From contig JBEKFZ010000005.1 of NCBI GenBank assembly GCA_050013075.1, forward strand, positions 16,065 to 80,064: 64,000 bases of DNA. Direction: 5' to 3'. Below are positions 52,266-61,281 of this stretch, one piece after another. The notes under the pieces were generated by a model. The model did no database searches. It was not told the DNA's origin and saw only the letters and a list, made by a program, of their open reading frames with translations. Positions within the stretch are counted from its first letter, which is position 1. Every line of letters starts with the position of its first letter. Made by a program: the position numbers and the translations under genes. Origin of the DNA: Thermoguttaceae bacterium (GTDB taxonomy: Bacteria; Planctomycetota; Planctomycetia; Pirellulales; Thermoguttaceae).

Positions 52266-52589
52266 TTAGATTCCTGCTGCCTGAAGATGTTTTTCCGCCG
52301 CTTCAATCTGCTTACGCCGCTGGGCGGACATTTTCGTCGGCTGCGGAACTGGCACGCGACCGGATTCCGCCTGCTCGGTGAGTGCATCGAAAAAACGCTG
52401 CAATGCTTCACGCGACGTGCACTTAGTCCCGGCAATTTGCGAGTATTCGAGACGAATACCGCGTACTCCGATTTGACACCATCGGTAAAGAGTCGCAACA
52501 TTCGGCCGTTTGCCAGCTCGCCGCTTAGGTAGAATGTTAGTGGCGTCGGTGAGAGAAATTAGCTGTTCAGAGTTCGTGTCGATTGCCAT
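52266..52589 (-). CDS. Small HTH DNA-binding protein (DUF1580-like; excisionase/AlpA-like position)
   Basis: LISLTDATNILPKRRAGKRPNVATLYRWCQIGVRGIRLEYSQIAGTKCTSREALQRFF. Sits between the integrase-side genes and the primase. Confidence 0.55.
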   Translation of the reverse strand: MAIDTNSEQLISLTDATNILPKRRAGKRPNVATLYRWCQIGVRGIRLEYSQIAGTKCTSREALQRFFDALTEQAESGRVPVPQPTKMSAQRRKQIEAAEKHLQAAGI

Positions 52590-52601
52590 TGTATAACCTT
52601 T

Positions 52602-52631
52602 GCAATTAGTGTTTTGTTCACAACTAATTGC
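52602..52631. promoter_or_regulatory. 9-bp inverted repeat upstream of the HTH gene (candidate operator)
   Basis: GCAATTAGT (52602-52610) and ACTAATTGC (52623-52631) flank GTTTTGTTCACA. Confidence 0.35.
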
Positions 52632-52726
52632 AAGGTATCAAATGACATTGCCAATTAAAATTGAAGACAATTCAGCACTTATCAGCATGATATTATTTAT
52701 TCGAGAAATACCGTGCTTTTATACCT

Positions 52727-53554
52727 TTAATTATTCGCTTGATTAGTTTTTCGACCCAATTGCCGAGGTGGTGGTAAAGGTAAATTGTGTCGATTCGCAT
52801 ATCTCCGGGCAGCGTTAATAATCCCCTGAGGACTTTCGATTCGCTCCCATGGTTTATGTTTCTCTAATAAATTCCGCTTGATACTATCCCACGTCGTTCC
52901 TTTAATCGCCTCTTGATAAATCCACTTGTCGCGCTTTTCATTTTGTCCTACCACAAGAACAGGAACTTTATTTACATTGTCTGCTTTGCCGTCCACCTTG
53001 GCGATAGTTGATTGTTGTTTGAGGAGATTCACCGCTCGCTCATATTCTTGTCTTAATATAGCATTGAGACGGGGAATCTCAGTTTGCCAGAGAATAGGGG
53101 TGCATCCGGGATATTCTATGCGTGCTGCGTTACTGATAGGCCACCATACTTCGTTGGTTAGCTCGTCAATGCACTCTGGAATCTCCGGTCTGATATCCCC
53201 ATATTTTGCACAGCCCGGCTGGATAGCCTCACAGAGACGCATATACACTTCATGGGCCAGATTGTATGTAAGAACATGGGCGTTTGCTTCAATCATTCCG
53301 CAACACTCGATTGGCGTTGTTTGGACCGCATCGAATGCCTGGGGAAAAGTGCTAATAGCAAAACCTTCCTGGCATGTATGCAGAAAAAAAGATAAAGTTT
53401 TCCAAGATTGTTCTGTAATATTGTCCCTAGGAAAAATTGGTTGGTGTTGTGGATCGAATTGAGCAAATACTTTATCAAGCCAAAAAAGAAAATCACTAGC
53501 CCATGAATGGATTCTTCTCAGACGGCGTAGTCTTATTTTAATAGACAAAACCAT
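52727..53554 (-). CDS. Hypothetical protein (275 aa)
   Basis: Long ORF between int and the HTH gene. No motif recognised. Confidence 0.55.
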   Translation of the reverse strand: MVLSIKIRLRRLRRIHSWASDFLFWLDKVFAQFDPQHQPIFPRDNITEQSWKTLSFFLHTCQEGFAISTFPQAFDAVQTTPIECCGMIEANAHVLTYNLAHEVYMRLCEAIQPGCAKYGDIRPEIPECIDELTNEVWWPISNAARIEYPGCTPILWQTEIPRLNAILRQEYERAVNLLKQQSTIAKVDGKADNVNKVPVLVVGQNEKRDKWIYQEAIKGTTWDSIKRNLLEKHKPWERIESPQGIINAARRYANRHNLPLPPPRQLGRKTNQANN

Positions 53555-53670
53555 GATTCATCTTTCCTTTTCTCCGGGCGGTCAACCGGCTGCTGTGGCG
53601 AAAGATGATTTCCACAACAACCGGCCGACCATGCGGTTTATAATTCCGCGGACCCGGCAATGTTAAAATT

Positions 53671-54894
53671 CTAACCTATTTTCCTCACAACTTCGATAGC
53701 TCGGGCGCTGTCACGCTCGGCGTAGACTTGCGTAACGTCGGCTCTGGAATGTCCTAAAATAACCTGTGCGGCCTCTAGTCCGAACTGCTTGCGGATCGCC
53801 GTAGCGGCGGAGTGGCGTAACTGGTTAGGATGCCAGTGCGGAACTAGGACGGGGTTGTCGAGGCCCATGTGCACGGCATCCTCTACAATGGCTTTATTTG
53901 CCTTCACCACGGCTCGGCGGATAGCACGGCCATAACTATCCTTAGAGTAGGCTTTGAGCGGTGGACATTGGTGTCGGGCCTTACGGCGGTGTTGCTGGGA
54001 GGGCTGAACCTTTGACCGGCGCTTAGACCGTTGCTCAGCATGGCGTTTATCTTCACTCTCGACAGGCTGGAAGCAGAAGGCATCGGCGGGGCGGAGCAAA
54101 TACGGCCGCAAAATATCCTGGGCCTTGGGACCTATGTAGATCACACGGTCCTTACCATGATGCTCGGTCTTATGACTTGACGGTCGATATTCCCAAACCT
54201 CCCCGGATCGGTCCACGTCCATCGGCCGCATCATGCACACTTCACCTGGACGGCAACCTGTTAGCCGCTGTAAACGCACCATATCCGCAACCACGGCGGG
54301 GAGGTGGTACAAAGTGGTTTCGACCACTTCCACGGCCACGGGCTTAATAGGTGCCGTTTCCCGGGCCATGCCACGGCCTTGGGGAATACCGCGAACTGTC
54401 AACAAGGCTTGATATACAGCAACCGGAATTAGCTGCTTAGAAACACCCCACTTGATAACCCTTTTAATTTCCTCACAAAAGTGATTGATTGTTTTTCGGG
54501 AAAGATCACGTTCAACCATCTTTAATTGAACTGCTTGCATGGCCAGGGGGCCAAATTCACTTGCGGGCGTACGTGCGTACAACTCGTTTAACTCATGTAT
54601 GGCCTGCCGGATTATGTGTACTTGGCTGGTTACTTTACCACCTTTGCGATAATAGCCCTTTGCATAATCCAGATAGCTGGCACATAGTTCGACAATGGTT
54701 AAACCTATATCGGCTTGAGGAACAGGAACCTTGGCGGGATTCGCCGCCATCTCGGCGATAATGCGGCCATACTCCTGCTTGCTCTCAGGCGAATCGTATT
54801 CGCCAAGATAGATAAACTTGCCTTGGACCCGCATGTAAGCGAGTCCGCGGGCCTTGTGGAAACAATACTTAGGCAGAGAAACGGTTTTCGGCAT
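53671..54894 (-). CDS. int: Tyrosine-type site-specific integrase
   Basis: LTGCRPGEVCMMR (Arg I), HPNQLRHSAAT (H-x-x-R), LGHSRADVTQVYAERD (His/Tyr). Lies 118 bp from tRNA-Pro. Confidence 0.9.
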   Translation of the reverse strand: MPKTVSLPKYCFHKARGLAYMRVQGKFIYLGEYDSPESKQEYGRIIAEMAANPAKVPVPQADIGLTIVELCASYLDYAKGYYRKGGKVTSQVHIIRQAIHELNELYARTPASEFGPLAMQAVQLKMVERDLSRKTINHFCEEIKRVIKWGVSKQLIPVAVYQALLTVRGIPQGRGMARETAPIKPVAVEVVETTLYHLPAVVADMVRLQRLTGCRPGEVCMMRPMDVDRSGEVWEYRPSSHKTEHHGKDRVIYIGPKAQDILRPYLLRPADAFCFQPVESEDKRHAEQRSKRRSKVQPSQQHRRKARHQCPPLKAYSKDSYGRAIRRAVVKANKAIVEDAVHMGLDNPVLVPHWHPNQLRHSAATAIRKQFGLEAAQVILGHSRADVTQVYAERDSARAIEVVRKIG

Positions 54895-54916
54895 AGTGCA
54901 ACCCTTTCAAAACAAG

Positions 54917-54934
54917 GTGTGTACAAGTACACGT
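54917..54934. promoter_or_regulatory. GTGTGTACAAGTACACGT motif between int and attachment site
   Basis: Contains GTACACGT (54927-54934), also present at 12219-12226 and 12316-12323 at the other island end. Confidence 0.3.
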
Positions 54935-55012
54935 TTTTGCTTTGTTTTCGGGCCGCACTTCCGACCGTCGGAAGGTATCGTAAGTTACGATTCGGCAAGT
55001 CTTTATGTCAAG

Positions 55013-55087
55013 TCGGGGCGACTGGATTTGAACCAGCGACCTCTTGGTCCCGAACCAAGCGCTCTAGCCAGGCTGAGCTACGCCCCG
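55013..55087 (-). tRNA. tRNA-Pro(CGG); CCA not encoded; integration target
   Basis: Reverse complement folds as CGGGGCG-TA-GCTC-AGCCTGGCTA-GAGC-G-CTTGG-TTCGGGA-CCAAG-AGGTC-GCTGG-TTCAAAT-CCAGT-CGCCCCG-A, 75 nt. Confidence 0.9.
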
Positions 55088-55457
55088 AATCTCATTAACT
55101 ACTTATTTTTCAAGGACTTGTAACAATTCGGCACTCATCACAACATATCTCTCTATTTATTTTATTTTTACCCATTTTCAAGGCATTTGTGCCCTGTTTA
55201 GTGCCATTTCGTATCACCGCTCTAGTGCCAAACAAGCATGTAACGTCTTAATTTTGACATTAAATTAACATAGTCATCTGCTAATTGCAACTGTATCGAC
55301 TATAGAGTTGATTTTATCTTATCGACAAACACTTCACATCTTGTGAAGTCATCCGCTTGATGGTCAATCTCTTATTAGCCAAAGACAAGGATACATTGGC
55401 ATAAAACCACTTTGTTCGGACTACCTACGATCCATGCCGTGAGTTGGGCGCGGGATA

Positions 55458-55895
55458 CTATAGTATTTCAAGGATTTCGACCACGCTCTGAACGCATGGC
55501 TTGCAGACTTTGTTAAACAGGTCGTTTTCCTTGTAATGCTTCTGGCCAGCTTCGGTTGTTAATACGCATCCGCCGAGTAATTGACGACAGATAAACGTGC
55601 CATGTTTAGCGGCGAATCGGTCCATGAGTTCGCGGGTTTTATTGTAGGTCAGTTCGGTTGCCGTGCGATCGGCGTTTTCGCCCCTGCCGTATTTTGCTCC
55701 CAATATGATAATTCCTCCGGTCACTGCGCCGCAGACTTCTTGTTTTCGTCCCATGCCGGCGCCAAACCCGCAGGCCAGTTTCAAAGCGGTGTTCTTATCG
55801 AACTGGAGATCGTCGCAAAAACAGTAAAACACGGACTGTGCACAGTTATAGCCTTCGATAAACTTTTCCAGGGCAACTTCGCTTTTCGTTTTCAT
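55458..55895 (-). CDS. C_GCAxxG_C_C family protein
   Basis: EGYNCAQSVFYCF ... ACGFGAGMGRKQEVCGAVTGG ... CRQL ... CKPCV. Confidence 0.8.
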   Translation of the reverse strand: MKTKSEVALEKFIEGYNCAQSVFYCFCDDLQFDKNTALKLACGFGAGMGRKQEVCGAVTGGIIILGAKYGRGENADRTATELTYNKTRELMDRFAAKHGTFICRQLLGGCVLTTEAGQKHYKENDLFNKVCKPCVQSVVEILEIL

Positions 55896-55923
55896 CTTTG
55901 ATAGTTCTTTTTATATGCAATAT

Positions 55924-56424
55924 TTAGTCTAACATCTTTTGAAAAATGTGTACATCCAAAAGTTTATTGAATTTACGGCCGACTTCTTTCAGCGTTCCAA
56001 CGTAAACGAAGCCAAAAACTTCGTTAAGATGCAAACTCTCGTTGCTCCCCTGCGCCACCCGGGCTATTAGCGAATGAAATTTTAAGTGCCGGGCTTTTTC
56101 GATAATCGCTCCTTTGAGTTTTCGACCGATCCCTTGGCCGCGATACTCGGCCTTGACGTAAAAAGACGTCTCCGCGGTATCGGCATAGGCGCAGCGGCCG
56201 GACCATTTGCTTAAACACGCCCAACCGACCGCCTTCCCGTCCAGCATCGCGACCAAAACGGGATGCCTGACATCGTGATCCTGAAACCACACGAGCTGCT
56301 CGGATCTTGTTTTTGGCTCGATATCAAAGGTTGCGGTCGTGGTCAGGATCGCCTCGTTGTAGATTTCGGTGATCGCTTCCAGATCGGAAAGATCGGCAGG
56401 TCTAATTAAGATTGATGGATTCAT
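55924..56424 (-). CDS. GNAT N-acetyltransferase (phosphinothricin-acetyltransferase-like)
   Basis: From the internal M: IRPADLSDLEAITEIYNEAI...FYVKAEYRGQGIGRKLKGAIIEKAR (acetyl-CoA binding Q/RxxGxG). Confidence 0.8.
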   Translation of the reverse strand: MNPSILIRPADLSDLEAITEIYNEAILTTTATFDIEPKTRSEQLVWFQDHDVRHPVLVAMLDGKAVGWACLSKWSGRCAYADTAETSFYVKAEYRGQGIGRKLKGAIIEKARHLKFHSLIARVAQGSNESLHLNEVFGFVYVGTLKEVGRKFNKLLDVHIFQKMLD

Positions 56425-56510
56425 GGAGTTTTTCAAGATTGCCCCCCTTTGACCAGTCAGCCTTGAAAATATAAAAAGTAACATGTAAAAGAGTTTTTAA
56501 ACAGCTCCTC

Positions 56511-56626
56511 GCCGGCATCCGATGAGGGGCCCCTGCAATGGGGACCTGCGAACCTGGTCAGGGACGAAAGTCAGCAGCCATAAGCAGTCTTTCTCAGGTG
56601 CGGCGGGCCTCTCATCGGGCGCCGGC
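56511..56626 (+). ncRNA. ffs: Signal recognition particle RNA (small, 4.5S-like)
   Basis: Closing helix GCCGGCATCCGATGAGG / CCTCTCATCGGGCGCCGGC. Domain IV core CCTGGTCAGGGACGAAAGTCAGCAGCCATAAG. Conserved position upstream of dnaX-ybaB-recR, as in Bacillus subtilis. Confidence 0.8.
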
Positions 56627-56645
56627 TATTTAAAGGGTTAAGCAG

Positions 56646-56736
56646 TCAGGGTTCAGGGTTCAGAATTTATGCGAAAAAACAATGACTGAACCCTGAACCC
56701 TGAACCCTGAACCCTAAATCCTAACCTTAGAACCCT
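56646..56736. repeat. Heptamer tandem repeats forming a long hairpin in the SRP RNA-dnaX spacer
   Basis: TCAGGGTTCAGGGTTCAG (56646-56663) is complementary to (CTGAACC)x4 at 56686-56713, followed by degenerate CTAAATC CTAACCT TAGAACC. The array ends 6 nt before the dnaX ATG. Confidence 0.85.
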
Positions 56737-56742
56737 TCGGTT

Positions 56743-58485
56743 ATGTCAAATTCACCTGCCGATACGCAACCGCCTAAAGAAGAAATCACCCGGCAACAGC
56801 AATATGTGGTTGTTGCCCGGCGCTATCGGCCACAGGTTTTCGAGGAACTTGTAGGGCAGGAACACGTTGCCCAGGCGCTTTCCAATGCGATATCCACCAA
56901 TCGTGTGGGCCATGCTTATCTGTTTACCGGCGCAAGGGGGGTGGGCAAAACATCTGCGGCGCGGATTCTGGCCAAGGCATTAAACTGCGAAAAAGGGCCC
57001 TCGCCCGTGCCTTGCAACCTCTGCGACACATGTCAAAGCATAAGCGGCGGCGACGACGTGGACGTGCTGGAAATCGACGGCGCAAGCAACCGCGGCATCG
57101 ACGAAATCCGCCAGTTAAGGCAGAACGTCAATGTCCGGCCCAGCCGATCGCGGTTCAAAATCTACATTATCGACGAAGTGCATATGCTTACGCGCGAGGC
57201 TTTCAACGCCTTGCTGAAAACGCTGGAAGAGCCGCCTGAGCATGTAAAATTCATCTTTTGCACGACCGAACCCACCAAAATTCCCGTCACTATTCTGTCG
57301 CGCTGCCAGAGGTTCGATTTTGCCGGCATTTTGACGCAATCCATAGCCGCGCGCTTGCGGCAGATCGTCGATGCCGAAGGCGTCCAGGCCGATGCGGAGG
57401 CCCTGGAAGTGCTTGCCCGGCGGGCGTCCGGTTCGATGCGCGACAGCCAATCGCTCTTGGAACAATTGCTGGCCTTTTCGCCCGGGCGAATTACCCTGGA
57501 GGAAGTAAACGGCATGTTGGGTACGGCCGGCGATTCGCTGCTGATGAACATGGTCCGGCACGTCGCGGACCGTCAGCCCGCGGCGGTTTTGGCCGATTTC
57601 GACGCTGCACTGCAAGCCGGAGTGGATGCGGCCCTCTTGATCGAGCAACAGTTCGGTTATTTTCGCGACTGCATGGCAGCGGCGGCCGGATGCACCGCCG
57701 AATCGTTTTTATACGTGGCTCCATCCAGTGCAAAAGATATAGCCGAGGCCGGTAAAAAGCTGGGACTGCAAACCATCCTGGCCATGATGCAAATCCTCGA
57801 TCAAACCCTTTCGCGGATGCGATACAGCACTCAAGCCCGGATTTTGGCCGAGTTGGCACTGGTTCGGATCTGCCGCCTCGAAGATCTCGACGAACTGCCG
57901 GCCTTGATTGCCGAATTGCGCGGCGGCCTTCCGGCAAGCGGGGGGACTATGACGCGGCCAAACCCGGTTGCAACGGCCACTCCGCCGCAATCCAGCGGGG
58001 AAAACGCCGGGAAAAAAAACATTGAATCGGCCGTAATCCCCCCTGTTTCATCACCGCCGTCTGCACCTTCGGACGGGCCTGGGATGGCGTTTACTCCTGA
58101 AAATGCGGTGGAAATATGGGACCGGGCACTATCGCGTCTTTCGGGAATGATGGTCGAACATGCCAGGCATTTCGACCGCCTGGCTATTTCCCAGCCGGAC
58201 CGTCTGGTCATTAGCTTCAAGCCGGGGTATGCTGTGGCTAAGACGTTCTGCGAACGGCCCGAACAAGTTGCCCAATTCGAACAGGCCTTGGCCGAGGCCA
58301 CGGGTCGGCGGATTCGGGTGGAATTTATTATCGATTCGGAGCAGTCGGACGCAGTGGCCGCCGCAACGCCCGCCAAATCCGTTTCGCAGCATCAATTGAT
58401 GCTGGAAATCTCCAAGCATCCGATGATCCAACGGGCCGCGGAACTGTTCGGAGCAACCCCCACTCGCGTGGAACCGCCAAACTGA
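56743..58485 (+). CDS. dnaX: DNA polymerase III subunit gamma/tau
   Basis: RRYRPQVFEELVGQEHV...HAYLFTGARGVGKTS...CNLCDTCQSI...YIIDEVHMLT. Confidence 0.95.
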   Translation: MSNSPADTQPPKEEITRQQQYVVVARRYRPQVFEELVGQEHVAQALSNAISTNRVGHAYLFTGARGVGKTSAARILAKALNCEKGPSPVPCNLCDTCQSISGGDDVDVLEIDGASNRGIDEIRQLRQNVNVRPSRSRFKIYIIDEVHMLTREAFNALLKTLEEPPEHVKFIFCTTEPTKIPVTILSRCQRFDFAGILTQSIAARLRQIVDAEGVQADAEALEVLARRASGSMRDSQSLLEQLLAFSPGRITLEEVNGMLGTAGDSLLMNMVRHVADRQPAAVLADFDAALQAGVDAALLIEQQFGYFRDCMAAAAGCTAESFLYVAPSSAKDIAEAGKKLGLQTILAMMQILDQTLSRMRYSTQARILAELALVRICRLEDLDELPALIAELRGGLPASGGTMTRPNPVATATPPQSSGENAGKKNIESAVIPPVSSPPSAPSDGPGMAFTPENAVEIWDRALSRLSGMMVEHARHFDRLAISQPDRLVISFKPGYAVAKTFCERPEQVAQFEQALAEATGRRIRVEFIIDSEQSDAVAAATPAKSVSQHQLMLEISKHPMIQRAAELFGATPTRVEPPN

Positions 58486-58587
58486 AAAAAATGTCCGGAA
58501 ATTGATATTTAGCCCGTCGTGAATACACGGCGGGCGTCCCCCGGGTGTATTCACCCGGGGCTAAATAAGCTTTTTAATGCAACTACG

Positions 58588-58962
58588 ATGTTTAAAGGTC
58601 TTTCCAATCTCGCCGCGTTGATCAAACAGGCTCAGCAAATAAGCAGCCACATGGGCCAAATTACCGAGGCCATGAAAAACCACCGCGTTACCGGATCTTC
58701 CGGAGGCGGAATGGTGGAAATCGAAATTAACGGCCTGATGGAGGTCTTGCGCTGCAAAATCGATCCGCAATTGTTCGCCCAAGCCGACCGCGAATTGCTG
58801 GAAGACCTCGTTACCGCGGCCGTTAACCAGGCCATCGCCAAGGGCAAGCAGATGCACGCCGAAACCATGAAAGAACTGACCGGCGGCATTCCCCTGCCCA
58901 CTAGTTTGCAGGAGGCCTTGGAAAAGTTTACGGGAACGGAACAGGAAGAGAATAAGGAATGA
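58588..58962 (+). CDS. ybaB: YbaB/EbfC nucleoid-associated protein
   Basis: From the internal M: MFKGLSNLAALIKQAQQISSHMGQITEAMKNHRVTGSSGGGMVEIEINGLMEV. Lies between dnaX and recR. Confidence 0.9.
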   Translation: MFKGLSNLAALIKQAQQISSHMGQITEAMKNHRVTGSSGGGMVEIEINGLMEVLRCKIDPQLFAQADRELLEDLVTAAVNQAIAKGKQMHAETMKELTGGIPLPTSLQEALEKFTGTEQEENKE

Positions 58963-58971
58963 AGGCGGAAG

Positions 58972-59571
58972 ATGGCCGAGCTTACTCAATCGGTAATCAT
59001 TCTGATCAACGAGTTTGCCAAACTCCCGGGCATCGGCCGAAAATCGGCTGAACGGCTGACGTATCATATTTTGCGCGCCAGTCGCAACGAAGCCCTGGCC
59101 TTGGCCGAGGCAATTCGGGCGGTTAAGGAAAATGTGCGATATTGCCGAACGTGTTATAATTTATCCGAAGAAGATCAGTGTGACATCTGCCGCGACCCGA
59201 AAAGGGAACAGGACGTAATTTGCGTAGTTGAGCAGCCCAGGGACCTGATTGCACTGGAACAGGCGGGCGTGTATCGGGGATTGTATCACGTGCTTCTCGG
59301 AAGGATTGCCCCTTTGGAAGGGATCGGGCCGGACCAACTGACCATCGAGGCACTTGTCGCCCGGATTCGCAACGGTAATTTTAAGGAAGTGATCATGGCC
59401 ACCAACCCTACGGTAGAGGGCGACGGCACGGCATTGCACATTTCCAACCTGTTGAGCAATTTGCCGCTTAAAATTACAAGGCTTGCCCGAGGTATTACTT
59501 CCGGAAGTGTGCTAGAATTTGCTAATAAGGAGATACTGGCCGACGCCATCAGCGGCCGGCAGGCATATTAA
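58972..59571 (+). CDS. recR: Recombination protein RecR
   Basis: LPGIGRKSAERLTYHIL (HhH), CRTCYNLSEEDQCDIC (Zn finger), and a Toprim region VICVVEQPRDL. Confidence 0.95.
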   Translation: MAELTQSVIILINEFAKLPGIGRKSAERLTYHILRASRNEALALAEAIRAVKENVRYCRTCYNLSEEDQCDICRDPKREQDVICVVEQPRDLIALEQAGVYRGLYHVLLGRIAPLEGIGPDQLTIEALVARIRNGNFKEVIMATNPTVEGDGTALHISNLLSNLPLKITRLARGITSGSVLEFANKEILADAISGRQAY

Positions 59572-59612
59572 TAATAGTTGATTGCAAATTGAACGAAATA
59601 AGAATTTAGCGT

Positions 59613-59640
59613 TCGTTCCCACGCCGGAGCGTGGGAACGA
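59613..59640. repeat. REP-like 12-bp-stem hairpin after recR
   Basis: TCGTTCCCACGC-CGGA-GCGTGGGAACGA. Confidence 0.7.
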
Positions 59641-59710
59641 GTAAAAACACGTGCAAGACCAAACGTCAACACAAAACCTCTAACCTCTAATCACTAATCC
59701 CTATATTTTT

Positions 59711-61240
59711 ATGCGTCTCTCGCTCGGTCAAGACCTCAGGATGGTGCAAAAGCAGGTGCTGGCGCCGCGGATGATCCAGTCCATGGAGATTTTGCAGTTG
59801 CCCATCTTGGCGCTGCAAGAGCGGATCGAGCAGGAGATGGAAGAGAATCCGGTGCTGGAGGTTTTGGAAGAGGAGACTGATCTTCCCCCCGAGCCGGAAG
59901 AATTGGCCGAGCAGCAAGCCCCCGACGCACCCACCGAGGACGAGCGGGAATTGGTCATCGACGAAACGCACTCTCACGAAGGCGATTTCGAGCGCTTGAT
60001 GAAAATGGACGAGCAGTGGCCCGACCATTTCGAGGAGCGCACCCACCTATCGCGCGAACAGATCGACGAGGCCGGCGAACGCAAACTAGACGCCATGGCA
60101 AACATGGCCGCCCGGCCGCAATCGCTGCAAGATTATCTTTACGATCAACTCGGCTGGTTCGACCTGGAAGCGGAACTCCACGCCTTGGCCGACCGGATCA
60201 TCGCCAATCTCGACTCCAACGGGTATCTGCAAGGGCGGCTGGAAGACCTTTTAGGCCCCAATCCCAGCAAAGACGATCTGGCCGTGATCCAGCAGGCGCT
60301 CAGCCTGGTGCAAAAGCTCGATCCGCCCGGAGTGGGCGCAAAGGATCTTAAGGAATGTCTGCTTTTGCAGTTGATCCCCGGCATACCTTATTACGAGGAA
60401 TTAAAAACCCTGATTTCCAGCCATCTGGAAGACCTGGAACACAACCGCTTGCCGATCATCAGTCGGCGCACGGGCTATTCGGTCGAGTTGATTCAAAAGG
60501 TTTTGGTCGAGCTTCGCAAGCTGAATCCCAAGCCGGGCGCCGATTTTACCAACGTGCCCGTGCCCCCGGTCACGCCCGACGTGTTCGTCGAGCAGGACGA
60601 ATACAACCGATACCGCGTGCGCTTGGAAGACAGACGTACGCCGGGCTTGCACATCAGCGCGTACTATCGCCAGTTGTTGCAGAATCCCGCCACCAGCGAA
60701 GAAACCCGGGAATACATCAAGCGCAAGGTGAATTCGGCCCAATGGCTGATCGATTCCATCGAGCAGCGCCGCAACACGCTTACCCGCGTCGCCCAGGCCA
60801 TCGTCGATCATCAAACCGAATTCTTGAACAAGGGGCCTGAGTCCATCGAGCCGCTGAAGATGCAGCAAATCGCCGACAAGGTGGGCGTGCACGTGACAAC
60901 CGTAAGCCGGGCGGTCGACGACAAGTGGATTCAAACGCCCCGGGGTATTTTCCCCTTGAAACGATTTTTCTGCGGCGGCACCGTAAGCGCCGGCGGCGAA
61001 GAAGTCGCCTGGGACGCCGTGCGGTTGAAACTGCAAGAGATCGTGGACAAGGAAGACAAGCAGCATCCCCTAAGCGACGAGCAGTTGGTAAAGGAGATGG
61101 CCGCCCACGGTCTGACTGTCGCCCGGCGCACGGTTACCAAATATCGCAAGGCCATGGGCATCCCCAGTTCCCGCCAGCGCAGAGATTGGACGGCGGCAAA
61201 AGGCGGCAAACCCGATACGGGCGAAATTGAAGAAGAATGA
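59711..61240 (+). CDS. rpoN: RNA polymerase sigma-54 factor
   Basis: MRLSLGQDLRMVQKQVLAPRMIQSMEILQLP (region I) and the RpoN box ARRTVTKYRKAMGIPSS. Confidence 0.95.
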   Translation: MRLSLGQDLRMVQKQVLAPRMIQSMEILQLPILALQERIEQEMEENPVLEVLEEETDLPPEPEELAEQQAPDAPTEDERELVIDETHSHEGDFERLMKMDEQWPDHFEERTHLSREQIDEAGERKLDAMANMAARPQSLQDYLYDQLGWFDLEAELHALADRIIANLDSNGYLQGRLEDLLGPNPSKDDLAVIQQALSLVQKLDPPGVGAKDLKECLLLQLIPGIPYYEELKTLISSHLEDLEHNRLPIISRRTGYSVELIQKVLVELRKLNPKPGADFTNVPVPPVTPDVFVEQDEYNRYRVRLEDRRTPGLHISAYYRQLLQNPATSEETREYIKRKVNSAQWLIDSIEQRRNTLTRVAQAIVDHQTEFLNKGPESIEPLKMQQIADKVGVHVTTVSRAVDDKWIQTPRGIFPLKRFFCGGTVSAGGEEVAWDAVRLKLQEIVDKEDKQHPLSDEQLVKEMAAHGLTVARRTVTKYRKAMGIPSSRQRRDWTAAKGGKPDTGEIEEE

Positions 61241-61281
61241 TTCGCTTTGCCTCTTGAATAATCGGTCTTTTTAAGCGGTCG

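Larger units (their letters stand above)
12046..55054. mobile_element. ~43-kb tRNA-Pro-integrated genomic island / degraded prophage or satellite-like element
   Basis: Perfect 44-bp direct repeats at both ends. A tyrosine integrase lies 118 bp from the intact tRNA. Contents are phage replication/packaging genes, an R-M system and other defence-type genes, with mosaic GC content. Confidence 0.8.

Noticed and set aside
52611-52622. GTTCACA in the loop of the 52602-52631 palindrome as an extra iteron copy
   Set aside because: A 7-mer is expected several times by chance in 64 kb (one also occurs at ~62447 in core DNA). It is noted in the feature evidence only.
49496-56736. CRISPR array interpretation of the tandem repeats (9-mers at 49.5 kb, heptamers at 56.7 kb, GTCGAC repeats at 46.8 kb)
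   Set aside because: The repeat units are 7-13 bp with no unique spacers of CRISPR size, and no cas genes are present.
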